Positions 46,408 to 58,312 are shown, counted from the stretch's first letter. The stretch is 64,000 nucleotides of DNA from an uncultured Nitrososphaeraceae archaeon (GCA_963837175.1 CAWIMJ010000017.1:1-64000); one strand, 5' to 3'. Translations and numbers: made by a program. Notes: generated from the letters alone by a model not told the origin.

Positions 46408-46994
46408 TGATTACCTATAATCCTATTCAAATTATATCTTATAAATATAAATGAACAAAAGGAAAAGCTAAAGATCCCCAACATGATCTATATATATTCA
46501 TGGAATTCATTTCATGACTATGTTTTGAATGTGACTGTATTTATTCTGAAAGATACTCCTTCTTCATAGAGGCCTTTAGAAATACAGTGTACTAGACCAT
46601 CCTCTAAGTCTATGTTTATCTTCAATAATATCAAGAGGCATATCAACTTCAATTTGTACTTCTAATTTCATTTTCTTTGGATATGTCATCTAGTTATTGA
46701 ATCTTCACACATCCAGACCTATAAGGCTGATGCGATTAGCGGTGTCCACTTCGTTTGACATTAGATAGTCTTATGCCTAGAGGCATGTTGTTAAGTATTT
46801 CCCTTCTTAGCACTCTATAGTACAGTAGTACCTCGTGGATTTCCTGTTACGTAACGTTGAACCCGATAATAGAGGGAAGCAGAAGTAGCACTAGTAGTAA
46901 TACGAATTTGAATACGGTTTATAATTAAGAAAGAGTTTGAATCATAAGCAGCACTTAAGGAACCCATTATATATCTGGCAATTGTTTTTTATTT

Positions 46995-48533
46995 GTGACT
47001 GAAGCAACAACGGTAGATTATTCTTCCAAATTGCAGAAATTTGACCTTATAGTTATAGGGAGTGGTTCTGGATTAGATGTTGCTAATGCATCATACCAGC
47101 ATGGACTTAGAGTTGCAGTTATTGAAAAGGGAAGAATGGGCGGAACTTGCCTCAATCGAGGATGTATACCATCAAAGCTACTCATACATAGCGCTGATGT
47201 AGCTGAAACAATCAAGAGTGCACATGTTTTTGGACTAAAAGTTGAAGGATTTTCTGTTGATTTTCATTCAATTGTTGAACAAGTTAATGGTATAGTAGAT
47301 TCGCAATCTGAGAAAATAAGAAAATCATTTGAAGGTAACGAAAATCCCAAACTCTTTGCAAATGAGTGCAAATTTGTTGGAGAAAAAATAATCTCCATAG
47401 AAGGAGATGGTAGTGGTCATCATAACAGAAATGATGAAAAAACAATAATGATAACTGCAGATAAAATATTGCTAGCTTCAGGTACCAGGCCGAGAATTCC
47501 AGAAATAGATGGTCTTAAAGAAAGTGGCTATATCACCAGTGATGAAGCTTTACGTCTTAACAAACAGCCCAAAGTTCTGACCATTATAGGTGGAGGATAC
47601 ATAGCTTGTGAACTAGCTCACTTCTTTGGTGCTCTTGGGACAAAGATCAATATTATACAAACAAGAGAGGTAATTATCCCAGACGAAGATGAGGAGATTT
47701 CAAAGAAATTCACAGAAATATTTTCAAAAAAATACAATGTTTACTTAGGCTATGATACAACGTTTGTTTCAAAAGAAAACAACAATAACAATAATTCCAG
47801 TAAATTCCATGTAATTGCTAAAAACGCCTCTGGAAAACAAATAGATCTTGAATCAGATGAGCTTCTTATTGCTGCAGGAAGAATTCCAAATTCAGATAGA
47901 CTAGATCTTGAAAAAACTGGCATAAAGATTAACAAAAAGGGTTATATCATAACAGACAGATACCTTGAAACTAATGTCAAAGGAATATTTGCATTAGGAG
48001 ATGCAATCGGACGATACTTGTTCAAGCATAGTGCAAATTATGAAGCTCAGTATGCTTACTATAACATATTACATCCGGATCGTATGATTCCAATCAGCTA
48101 TTATGCAATGCCACATGCTATTTTTAGCTCACCGCAGGTTGCAGGAGTAGGATTCACTGAACAAGAGTTGGCAAAAAAGCAACAAGAAAATAACAAGCAA
48201 AATGATAATAAGAATGATAATACCAAAAACATAATAGATTATCGAAAATCAGTTTATCATTATATAGATACAGCAATGGGCTTGGCAATTAAAGACCATG
48301 ACGGCTTTGTAAAATTTCTTATTGGTAAAAAAGATGGGAAGATACTTGGTTGCCACATTATTGGAAGTCAAGCATCAATACTTATCCATGAGGTTTTAGC
48401 AGCTATGAGAGGTTATACTGATGATAACGGTGACGGTACAATTGAGAATATTACAAAAAGTATCCATATTCATCCGGCTCTTTCTGAAGTGATTGCAAGA
48501 GCAGCTGCTGCTGCCACGACCAATGATAGTTGA
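46995..48533 (+). CDS. Pyridine nucleotide-disulfide oxidoreductase (dihydrolipoamide dehydrogenase / mycothione reductase-like)
   Basis: VIGSGSG, GGTCLNRGCIPSK, IIGGGYIACE, ALGD, HIHPALSEV. Confidence 0.9.
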   Translation: MTEATTVDYSSKLQKFDLIVIGSGSGLDVANASYQHGLRVAVIEKGRMGGTCLNRGCIPSKLLIHSADVAETIKSAHVFGLKVEGFSVDFHSIVEQVNGIVDSQSEKIRKSFEGNENPKLFANECKFVGEKIISIEGDGSGHHNRNDEKTIMITADKILLASGTRPRIPEIDGLKESGYITSDEALRLNKQPKVLTIIGGGYIACELAHFFGALGTKINIIQTREVIIPDEDEEISKKFTEIFSKKYNVYLGYDTTFVSKENNNNNNSSKFHVIAKNASGKQIDLESDELLIAAGRIPNSDRLDLEKTGIKINKKGYIITDRYLETNVKGIFALGDAIGRYLFKHSANYEAQYAYYNILHPDRMIPISYYAMPHAIFSSPQVAGVGFTEQELAKKQQENNKQNDNKNDNTKNIIDYRKSVYHYIDTAMGLAIKDHDGFVKFLIGKKDGKILGCHIIGSQASILIHEVLAAMRGYTDDNGDGTIENITKSIHIHPALSEVIARAAAAATTNDS

Positions 48534-48847
48534 TTTTTCATCAGACATTCCAGTTTAATCATAATGATTAACAAGTTCTATGCTACTTGATTGTAACCTC
48601 CTAAGTCATATAAGATGAGATAAAATTAGTGCTTGCTCAACTATTCTTCTGCTCCCCTAATTGATTGGAACCATAGAATGGGTGATAAAGGCATTAACAA
48701 TACTGAAGATATTCACATCAAATGGCCAGAATTAATGCGCTTTAAGCATTCCATTGTTACTATTGTCGCCATTATTATGCTGTGGAATATATTAGATATG
48801 AGCTGGCAGCTATTAGCAATCCAATATCTTCTAATTCTTTGTCCACT

Positions 48848-49312
48848 TTAACATGATGACCCTGTATTCCTAAACCTGATACTTCTCCAACAGGTACCCC
48901 TCTAAATCTCAATAACTCATGCTTTATGTGATGATCTATCTTTTTTAGATCAGAGTATGGAAAGTTGTCTAGCCTAGATATTATCTGATGCCGCTAAGGT
49001 ACTCATTCCAATGTTTTCCCTCAGGATGATTTGTAAGCATATAGAATTTGCCTCTATATTTGAAGAGATGAGGACTTCTTTATTGATATCATTATCTTCA
49101 TTTTGATTTAGTACAGAGATTGAAAAAGGACGAAACTCGCCATGCACCTTCTTAGTAAGAGTCCACTTATGGCCATCATTTTTTCTAATAAGTTTGAAGC
49201 TCTTCTGATCCTTTCCTTTCTTTATCTCAGCAATCTCCTCGCTATGATCATGGTCTAGGAATATTTTGGCCTCCCATGGTCTTGGACCTATGGTTACATA
49301 CTCAGAAGTCAT
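48848..49312 (-). pseudogene. Hypothetical protein, frameshifted
   Basis: ORF MTSEYVTIGPRPWEAKIF... continues in shifted frames to ~48850; boundaries approximate. Confidence 0.35.
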
Positions 49313-49721
49313 TAGTCTGATAACTAAATTAAAAGATATAAAAAATTTATGTACCGTGTTAATGGTACTCATTCCATAGTATCTATCATATTTTTTGTTT
49401 GTAGCATAGTTATTATTATTATTATTATTATTGCAACGAAGAATGCATATGAGTTTATACATATATACTGATGTGAAATTTTTCACTACGCTAAATACCT
49501 AGTAACTGTTGTTAGGTGACGAAATAAGACAGCGCAAAACTAGTTTAATAGAGACATCAACATAATAGCTCAGATACGAGAGAATAAGACTAAAAACAAT
49601 TTTAAGTTCCTTGATTGAAAGTGATCAAACAAGAGTAATTCCACTTTTCAATGGAGGGTTTCCAACTTTTTTTATTTCACCATTTATTTATGAAACCCAC
49701 TAAAAAGCACTGATATCGGAG

Positions 49722-49826
49722 CGGGCTCGGAGGGATTTGAACCCTCGACCTGACGCTTAGGAGGCGTCTGCGCTATCCATTTTACGCCTATTTGTCTTGT
49801 TTTTTAATAGTCTGCGCTACGAGCCC
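49722..49826 (-). tRNA. tRNA-Arg(CCT) with ~30-nt non-canonical intron in the D-loop
   Basis: GGGCTCG/CGAGCCC acceptor, GCGC D-stem, GACGC-CTCCTAA-GCGTC anticodon arm, GAGGGTTCAAATCCCTC T-arm; AT-rich insert ~49781-49810. Confidence 0.9.
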
Positions 49827-50054
49827 TAACATTTTGAACTCGAGAGAGCCAAATTTAAATATTGATTCTAAAGAATATAATGATATTTTTATATACAGAC
49901 CTTATATTAATAATTAATATTTTTAGCCTATCGTTCTCTCTTTCCTTCCACAAACTCTATGAAATTTGCTTTGGCTTGAGAATATGGCATTTGTATAGGA
50001 GGATGTTTAAAACAATATGCAGAAATGCTCTCAAGTGGACCAGAAATACCTCTA

Positions 50055-50567
50055 TCAAGAGCCAATTTTGCTCCTCTCTCTTATTGCATCGATCATTACT
50101 CCTGCACTGTTATATGCATCTACTACACGTAGTTTAAGATCTAGTTCTACTGGCATATTACCAAAATATCTGCCTTTCATTGAGATATAACATATTTTGT
50201 CATTTTCTAAGAATCTAACAAAATCTGAAGGTCCAATACGCATAGGAATTGAATACGGTATCATTGCTTCTACTGCACTTGTCTTACTTATTCTTTTGTC
50301 TTCAAGTCTTTCGTCATCAAGCATATTGTAAAAATCCATGTCACCGCCTATATTCAGCTGATAAGTTTCATCTATCTTTACTCCCCGGTCAACGAACAAT
50401 TTTACTAATGTTTTGTGTAATACAGTAGCACCTAATTGACTCATTACATCATCGCCTGCACACGGAAGATTTCTATTTTGAAATGATTGTTGCCATTTTG
50501 GCATAGATGCAATAAAAACAGGTATAGCATTAATAAAACAAACTCCTGCATCAAGACTCATATACAT
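50055..50567 (-). pseudogene. ino1: Inositol-3-phosphate synthase, C-terminal fragment
   Basis: AGV.FINAIPVFIAS, GDDVMSQLGAT..H, YQLNIGG.MDF.NM, KRISKT, IGPSDFV, D..NSAGVMIDAIR; N-terminal Rossmann half missing. Confidence 0.85.
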
Positions 50568-50696
50568 ACCATGCTATTCTTGTGTAGAGTTAATTATATT
50601 CAAAGACATAAAGCCTACTATTCTATTTAGGAATTAAAGGTAAAAGATGATTATGAGAAAATCAGTAGCTTTGTGTGTATAATATATACTTAATAA

Positions 50697-53129
50697 TTAT
50701 GATTGCTTTTTAGGATGAAAGATTAGTATTTGGGGTGTTCGTCCATTAATAAAACTGGGATCCTTCCAACCTGTTGGGAAGTATACCTTTTCTGTATAAT
50801 CGACTTCTAAGTGAAAACCTGCATCAACTATGATCGTTATCAATTCCTTGAACTTCATGCTATCTTTTTCCAAATCAGTTAGTATCTGCAGTGTTCCTCT
50901 GGCCGTTAATTTTGATAGCATACTTGCAAGCAAAGATCTCAGAGATAATTTTTCTTCCATTGAGTTGAGCGGCTTAAAATTCTCAGGTAAAACCATAAGG
51001 AAATTATCAATTGATTTATCTATAATATTAGGTACCAGCTTATGTACGTCCCCCCAGAAGGCTGAAGCATTTGGAGGATCAAGATCAGCAAACTTAGACT
51101 TTGCTCGCAATACTTCACTCTGATCTTTTCCAATGCCGATAAAATACTCTGCCCAATTATTTATTGCAATGTTATGTAGCATCTCGCCACTTCGCATTTC
51201 CAATTCTATATTAATCCTGAGATACAAATTTCTCGCCTTGACGATGGTTCTATTCAGCTGTGTGGAAGGATTGCCTTCGTGAAAGAATTGATATACTAAA
51301 TTCCATCGTTGTCTAAAGATATCGGGAAAGTGTCGCATGTGAATTAATTCTTTAAAGAGTTCGATCTCAGCAAAATCTGAAAAAAATGCATCTGTTCTAG
51401 AAACTGCTTCGAATTTAGGAAGATATAATTCATCATAAAGATTACTTACTCTATCCCATGCTCTAATAGGGTCAGAACCCATGTAAGTTACGGCAAGATC
51501 AGCTAGCCATAGAATCTCTGCAAGCAGTTTTATTTTAATAGTATCATATCCATTCTTATCAAGTTGGCTGATGAGTTGCTCAAACTTTTCCTGAGCTAGT
51601 TTTTGTTTAAAATATGGGAAATCAGTGCGCCAGATTAATGCCTCTACAATTCTGCTTTCATTAGGCTTCCATTCAACTTTGACATATTCTGGATGAGTTG
51701 TAGCAAATTCTATAGGGGGTAATAACGTAGATTTATACTCCCGGAAATAATCTTCAAATTCTAATTTATTCATTGTAAAATATGCGTCATGAATTCTTGT
51801 TTTATATATCTCATTAATAGTTCTCTGGACTTTAGGGCCCTTTGGCTGTTGGGTTTCATTGTTTTCCATATTAATGTATATTTGGTCAGGGTCATAGTCA
51901 TGCAAAAGTGCTGCTACAAGAATTATTTCGTAATCTTTTGAATTGAAGCTGTGGCCATGAAATTCTTTGGGTAGCATTTGCAAGCTAATATAAGCTACTT
52001 CCAAACTATGGTGTAAGTTGTGATATTCACTTGAGCCTTCACCAATACCATGCTTGGTATAAATATTTTTTAGGAAACTAATAAGAATTTTAATATTTTC
52101 AATCCTATGCTCAGGTATTCCTTTCTGTAAGGCAACTTGGATTATGGCAGCAACCAAATCATCATCTTTAATATTTGCAAGATTCTCGTTTGTATCGTCA
52201 ACGGTATGTTTTTTTGCTCCGGGAAAATACCTGATAACCTGTCTATATATAATTCGAACTGGCAGACTTTTGTTGAGATAAATTCCCAGTGTAGTTGTTT
52301 TCCATGGATATTGGATTCGTGGTTTTTCACGTTCTATAATTTCAGCTGCAGCTAATACGAGTTTTTTGTTAAGGTCTGCTATGAGCGAGCTTAATTCTAA
52401 ATCATTTAAATTCAGTTTTCGTTTCTCATTGGCAAATCTGACACGTTCAGTGTTAATTACTAACCATTGAGGAATTTTTACTCTATAGCGATAGCGTCGT
52501 CGTAATCTGGAAGAAGATCTAGTCCCAGGTAGTAATTCTTTGATAGTAACGGCAACATTACGTCGACCTGTGGTAAAAGGAAGGTCGCGATCTCGTACTA
52601 CTTGTAACATAATTTCTTTATTGCCGGTTTGAAGGCCAAGCAAAATGTTCCAGTATTTTCCCTTATCCAGCCAGTTTGGAACCTGAGTTTCCTTGTCCCA
52701 AAAATCTATCGGTCCAAGTGGAACATATCCATTTTCATATTCTTTCGTTTCAGGATTATAAGAACGATATTCATAATCACCTATCATAGGGTCGAGTTTA
52801 CGTGCAAGGTCTCTTGCTGAGTTTATTACATCGGCAGCTCGTGAAAATTCGCGATATGCCATGACTCCCCAAATAGTGCCTAGAGCACTAAACAAAGTGA
52901 ATAAACCTGCGATAAGGTCAATCTTATTATATAAAAAATATTTAGGAACAAGTGGAATTCCAAACCAACCTGTAGATAAAAGCCCAGTAAAGGTTAATAT
53001 TATGAATAGCCATCGTGCAAGATCATTATAATATAGGCTGAATGATTTACTGTTAGGGGTACGCCTAGAATATGGAAACTGATTAAATTTCTCATTTCTC
53101 ATATTAATTCTATCAGCTCCAAATTTCAA
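50697..53129 (-). CDS. Membrane-anchored HD-domain phosphohydrolase with C-terminal methyltransferase-like fold
   Basis: Two N-terminal TM helices; YHNLHHSLEV, AALLHDYD, LADLA; C-terminus resembles a TrmB-like pattern. Confidence 0.7.
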   Translation of the reverse strand: MKFGADRINMRNEKFNQFPYSRRTPNSKSFSLYYNDLARWLFIILTFTGLLSTGWFGIPLVPKYFLYNKIDLIAGLFTLFSALGTIWGVMAYREFSRAADVINSARDLARKLDPMIGDYEYRSYNPETKEYENGYVPLGPIDFWDKETQVPNWLDKGKYWNILLGLQTGNKEIMLQVVRDRDLPFTTGRRNVAVTIKELLPGTRSSSRLRRRYRYRVKIPQWLVINTERVRFANEKRKLNLNDLELSSLIADLNKKLVLAAAEIIEREKPRIQYPWKTTTLGIYLNKSLPVRIIYRQVIRYFPGAKKHTVDDTNENLANIKDDDLVAAIIQVALQKGIPEHRIENIKILISFLKNIYTKHGIGEGSSEYHNLHHSLEVAYISLQMLPKEFHGHSFNSKDYEIILVAALLHDYDPDQIYINMENNETQQPKGPKVQRTINEIYKTRIHDAYFTMNKLEFEDYFREYKSTLLPPIEFATTHPEYVKVEWKPNESRIVEALIWRTDFPYFKQKLAQEKFEQLISQLDKNGYDTIKIKLLAEILWLADLAVTYMGSDPIRAWDRVSNLYDELYLPKFEAVSRTDAFFSDFAEIELFKELIHMRHFPDIFRQRWNLVYQFFHEGNPSTQLNRTIVKARNLYLRINIELEMRSGEMLHNIAINNWAEYFIGIGKDQSEVLRAKSKFADLDPPNASAFWGDVHKLVPNIIDKSIDNFLMVLPENFKPLNSMEEKLSLRSLLASMLSKLTARGTLQILTDLEKDSMKFKELITIIVDAGFHLEVDYTEKVYFPTGWKDPSFINGRTPQILIFHPKKQS

Positions 53130-54209
53130 TGCATTATGCCTGCCGTATCAAATTACCAATTAATAGCCGATTATATATTATCTGCACTTTGGAACAATAT
53201 ACTTCGGAATAACTCATAACTGTGATATTTTTAATAAGCAAATTATAAACTCGCTATTTGGTATCATCAATAATATTACAGGAATTTTCCTATAAATTAG
53301 TTTTGCATACAGTTATTTTTTCATATTTATGATATTATATTCAACTTAATACTCGATAGCAAGCCTCTTTTCTGATCTGTTTATCTGATAATTCAGTTAT
53401 ATATTCTCTACATAGATATGCTATTGGTTTAGTATAATTAGGCATTAGTAGAGTTGTTTGAAGACCCTTATTTATAAGGATACTTGCCCAACAATGCCTT
53501 TTTCATATGCCCTACGGGCAAGCCGAAGATTTGAATCACACAAATCTCAATGACTATTGTCATTGATCTATCCGGAGTACGGAGACCAAATCTGATATCC
53601 GATACGGAGAATTTTTCTTGTCTAGACTGTCTGGCTTTATTATCCTATATCTGGTAGAATATTTTTTCTTCTACCCATTGCCTTGTCTTACTGTATTATA
53701 GTAACTAAATTAGCAAAATAATAACTAAATTAGCAAAAGAATGGGAATTTGAAATAATACTTATAGACATCAGAGGAGTTATTTTTGAACTAGACATTAT
53801 TGGATTTCCTCTTTACTATATGATATCATCTAGAAAAATGTACCTCATACAAGTTATCAAATTAATAATATGCAATTTATCTTTAGGTCTTCTATATCAC
53901 CAACAAAATTACTTATAAACTTCAACCTTTAATTAGCAACCTTTTGCAATGAATTAAATTTGAGAGTAATTAAGATATTTCTTGGCAATTTCCTTCTATC
54001 CTACTTAGTTAGAGACAGAATCATGATGTCGATGACCCTGATATGGGGAGCAGATGTAATAATAGTATGAAATTGGTTAGAAATTATGTGATGACTTCGA
54101 GTATTCTTTTGGACTATTTGAAAGGCCTGCTCGAGTTTGAATTAAAGGTAGTTTTAACTTTATCGGCGAATATATATTTAGGTCATTGGAAATTTCAAAT
54201 CAAATACCT

Positions 54210-54284
54210 GGGCCGGTGGTCTAGCTTGGTTAAGATACCGCCTTGACATGGCGGGGGTCGTTGGTTCGAATCCGACCCGGCCCA
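54210..54284 (+). tRNA. tRNA-Val(GAC)
   Basis: GGGCCGG/CCGGCCC acceptor, CCGCC-TTGACAT-GGCGG anticodon arm, GTTCGAATC T-loop; TATA-like TATATATTTA upstream. Confidence 0.97.
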
Positions 54285-54336
54285 TTTTGATAACGATGCT
54301 TATTTACGGCCCACTTCAATAATATATTAGAACAAT

Positions 54337-54733
54337 TTGGCATTATCAACACAGTATGAAGAAGAAAGTCATCCATTGTCTGTTTTTCTTTATGCTTTAA
54401 AGGCTCCAGAAACAAGGAGGCAGTATCCAAGATGATTAAAAGTACTTTTGGACTTCCTCAAGATTAAGGGTAATTTGGAACAGCAATCCAAAGAATTTTT
54501 AGAAAAAGCAAAACAAAATCCGCAATGGGCTCAGAATTCTATTATGCAATTTATATCCCTTCAAAAGGAAAGAGCAAGGAAGGGTGAAATATTATACTCT
54601 ACTATTGTCAATTATTACAAAGCGACAAAACTATTTGTAGAAATGAACAGTGATGCTCCGATTATTATTTGGAAGAAGAATAACACGTGGTATTCCAAGC
54701 GGAAGGAAAGCAGCAAATGATAGAGCTCCTACT
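54337..54733 (+). pseudogene. Thaumarchaeal tyrosine integrase, N-terminal remnant
   Basis: FLYALKAPETRRQYPR*LK...Q.ERA.KGEI..STI.NYYKA.KLF.EMN...WKKITRGIP.GRKAANDRAPT; internal TGA at 54433, frameshift ~54680, catalytic domain absent. Confidence 0.8.
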
Positions 54734-55936
54734 GGATGGTATAAAGGATGAAAAGGATGAGTAGCAATCACCGTGCACTTCAAAATAATAAGAAATGAAT
54801 TGCTATTCAAGATGGCTGATAATAAAGAAGCAGTTATCGGTATATCCGAAGCCTTAGCTTCTAACTATAATAAACTCCCAGATGAATTGTTAAGAAAGTT
54901 AGAGGATAGAGAGAAAGCTAGAAGACACCAGAGAAAAAGCTAATTATATTAACACTTTGTATTGAATAGTTTTCAAATAGCTTTAAAAGATTATTTGGAA
55001 GGAAATATCTAAAATTATTTGAATGCTATTAATTAAAATAAAAGCTTAAACTTAACCTATTCTTATACTAATTCAGAATCCTTTTCGTGAATTGATATCA
55101 TTACGGAAACCTCCGAGCCCGTCAACCAATTGGACTCATATTTAGATATGAAGTCTCTAGATCAATAAAACATTATTAATTACTATATCTAATTAGCAAT
55201 AGTAAATTTACTTGTTTGTTGGATTGTTACTATTACGTACATAATCTAAACACCAAACTTCAGGCTTTGGTATTCCATCAATATTTCTTCTTACCTCTAT
55301 CTAAACAAATAGATTCGAACCACCATTGTTACATGTTCCATCATAACTTGTTGTTGCCATCTTCAATGATATTAGCAAAATAAATTATAAAATATTTTTA
55401 AGGATTAATGAATAATGATTTTATTTATTCACTGTCAGAATCTCCTATTATGTTAGCCTCTTTTTTCGATTCTCTGATGGTTTTATTAGAAGCATTTTCA
55501 AGTGAGGTTTCAATCTCTTTCTTTTTAGCATCTACTTCTTGTTGTTTTTTATTAATTCGATTATTTTCCTCAGTCAGTATTCAATATAATATTAATCATA
55601 TCAACAATATCATATATTAACATCATATAAAGCAAATGAAAAAATAGTATTAGTATTAAGTGAATTTTCTTCTAATCATTATCGTAAAGATTGGACTATC
55701 TCGGAAATGGTGCCAATAAAAAGAATACTAGACACCATACTATATTTCAATAATAAAAACTTTTAATATTATGTTACCGAATCCTGTTATAATGAGAAAT
55801 TGAAGACCTTTAAACTTATAGATAGTTGATTTAATAAACTAATAATTAAGATTATTTTATTATTAGACTTTTAACTTATTTTTATTTAGTAACCATAATA
55901 CTAGACAGTATTCAATTAATATTAATAATTATTCTT

Positions 55937-56749
55937 TTATAAACTTGGATAAATCAACTTTGGTTTTGGAAATTTTAATTTCATACTTTCAAGAGTATTG
56001 ACTATGATCTGTGCCACTGCAAAATTTCTTAACCATTTTATATCTGCAGGAATTATATACCATGGAGCCCATTCTGTACTACATTTCCACAGAGCTTCTT
56101 CATATGCTTCCATATATTGCTCATAATAATTCGGTTCAGTTATATCACTTTCTGTAATTTTCCATTGTTTTAGAGGATTTCTCATTCTCTCTTCCAATTT
56201 TCTCTTTTGTTCATCTTTGCTTATATGCAAAAATAGTTTTATAATTTTGATATTATTTTCATGTAAATAGCGTTCAAATTCGTTAATTTGTGTATACCTC
56301 TTAGACCAAATGGATTTTAATATCAATTTACGAACCCTTACTTCTATAACATCCTCATAATGAGAGCGATTAAATACTGTTATTTCACCTTTTGCAGGGA
56401 TTAATTTGTGTATTCGCCACAAGTAATCATGGGAAAGCTCTTCTTCACTTGGAGCCCTAAAGGGTAGAGCTCTACAACTTTGTGGATTGAAAGCACCCAT
56501 TACATTTCTTATAGTACTATCTTTTCCAGCTGCAGATAGCCCCTGTAAAATTATTAGTAATGATTGACTTTTATCTGCAAAAAGTTTGTATTGCAAATCT
56601 GACATCTGATTCATTAGATTTTGGTTTAGTATTTTTTCTGCTTCCTTCTTATCCATTCTTTTTAAATAAGTTGGATTCCAATTAGTTAGATGGATCTTGC
56701 TAGTATTAGGTTTGACTAAAAGGCTATCAATAAGAAGGTTTGTCTGCAT
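55937..56749 (-). CDS. ppk2: Polyphosphate kinase 2 family protein
   Basis: LLIILQG..AAGKDSTI, F.APS.EEL.HDYLWR, FNRSHYEDV, KLFLHISKDEQ, APWYIIPAD.KW.RN. Confidence 0.93.
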   Translation of the reverse strand: MQTNLLIDSLLVKPNTSKIHLTNWNPTYLKRMDKKEAEKILNQNLMNQMSDLQYKLFADKSQSLLIILQGLSAAGKDSTIRNVMGAFNPQSCRALPFRAPSEEELSHDYLWRIHKLIPAKGEITVFNRSHYEDVIEVRVRKLILKSIWSKRYTQINEFERYLHENNIKIIKLFLHISKDEQKRKLEERMRNPLKQWKITESDITEPNYYEQYMEAYEEALWKCSTEWAPWYIIPADIKWLRNFAVAQIIVNTLESMKLKFPKPKLIYPSL

Positions 56750-56920
56750 TTATAATATCAATTAATCTGAATGAATTAAAGATATGTGTTTTTTAATAAA
56801 TTAATAATGATGATTCTCATAGATACTTACTACGGAATAAACCGACAACCTTAAGAAGATTTGAGTTATACTAATTTATACGTTGAAATATGCAGAATTA
56901 ATATTTTTACTAAATTATTT

Positions 56921-57292
56921 CTAAAACCAATTATTTTGCAATTTTGTGGAAGTTTTATTTCTTTCTTTTGAACTACAAAATCGTGTCAAAATCAGTTCAC
57001 ACACCTCCGAACCCATTCTAGGACCAACTGCATGTATTATTGCCTTACATGGAAGTTTTCCAGCTGTAGTAATAGCGGCGAAACCAACTGGAACAAAACC
57101 TATCTTATTGCTTTCTTGCTGTATTATTGCCCCACCCTTTCTTACAATGGCTGCCACTACTCCACCGACATGTCTTAGATAAGGATTTGCAGCATTTACT
57201 ATGGCATCAACTTCTCTTTCTCTTATGTCTCCTTTTACAAGTCTGATGATCTTGTTATTGTTATTTAGATTTATTTCAGTTATTATACTCAT
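56921..57292 (-). pseudogene. Macro domain (ADP-ribose binding) protein, C-terminally truncated
   Basis: LVKGDI...[16 protein letters not shown]...[19 protein letters not shown]; homology stops after GPRMG. Confidence 0.85.
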
Positions 57293-57360
57293 ATGACTAT
57301 TAACCCTTAATGTTAGGAATCATGTGCATTTTATCTACTTTAAGAAGAAAAGTATATGCC

Positions 57361-57458
57361 TCTCTCTGGGGTTAAAAATACTTTCTACGTGTGACTGTTA
57401 GTGTAACCACCGTCATGTGACTGGTAACATGCTGAAAATAATTTTACCCCCACAGAGA
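57361..57458. repeat. ~100-bp element with imperfect 25-bp terminal inverted repeats (MITE-like)
   Basis: TCTCTCTGGGGTTAAAAATACTTTC vs reverse complement of right end TCTCTGTGGGGGTAAAATTATTTTC (4 mismatches). Confidence 0.6.
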
Positions 57459-57534
57459 CATATAAAAAGGAAAAATAACAATATTAACAACCAATATTAT
57501 CTCTTTAAAGAATTGAGAATAACCATAAAGAAGT

Positions 57535-58312
57535 TTAAGTCTCAGGAACTGGACTATAATTTTTTACTATATCTATAAGAGGAAACCTTCTTCCACCTAC
57601 TATTTTTATATCAACATTAATCTTTCCATTATCTTTAATATCGATAATATTATAAGTATTTTTAAAAAATCCTCTAAACCTAGTGGATGATGCTGTTCCT
57701 GCATATGCAATATCTAAAGATTCTAGATTCCATAGCCAAGGTCTATGCTTATGTCCACATAGCACCAAATCTACTTTGTACCTGAAGACAGGTTCTAAGA
57801 ATATCACCAGCATCAACAATAACTATCTTGTCTGTACCAGTATCTGGAACTCCTATCAAATGATGATGCATTGCAACAATCTTTGTTGTTGTCTTTTCTT
57901 TGTATTCTTCATTGCTTAGAATCTTTTCCAGCCATAGATTTTGTCTGTGACCCACCTCTCCTTCATCTCTGTCAGGTCTAGAGGTAGCAAGAGTTATGAT
58001 TAGTGTATTCCTAAATTCATAAATATTGTTTTAAAAGAAGGAAAGAATTTTTTAAAAAGAAGATAACCTGTATGGCGATAATCATGATTTCCTGGTAAAA
58101 TCAGCACATTAGGACAGCTATCAACAAGCTTGTTGATTTCTATACGGGCACGCTCAAATTGAGATATCAGCCCATCATCAGTCAAATCTCCTGTTATTAG
58201 TATTGCATCTGGCTTTAGTTTATTATTAACTTCATCAATAATAGTATCGAAATATGGCTTGATTAAAATAAGCTCCTCCAATATGTAGATCTGATAATTG
58301 AACTAATTTCAT
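57535..58312 (-). pseudogene. Calcineurin-like metallophosphoesterase (CpdA/Icc-like), multiply frameshifted
   Basis: QLSDLHIG, ITGDLTDDG, PGNHD, MHHH, LVLCGHKHRP spread over four or more frames. Confidence 0.85.

Noticed and set aside
54043-54430. Short ORFs overlapping tRNA-Val
   Set aside because: Spurious translations across the tRNA gene and the integrase remnant
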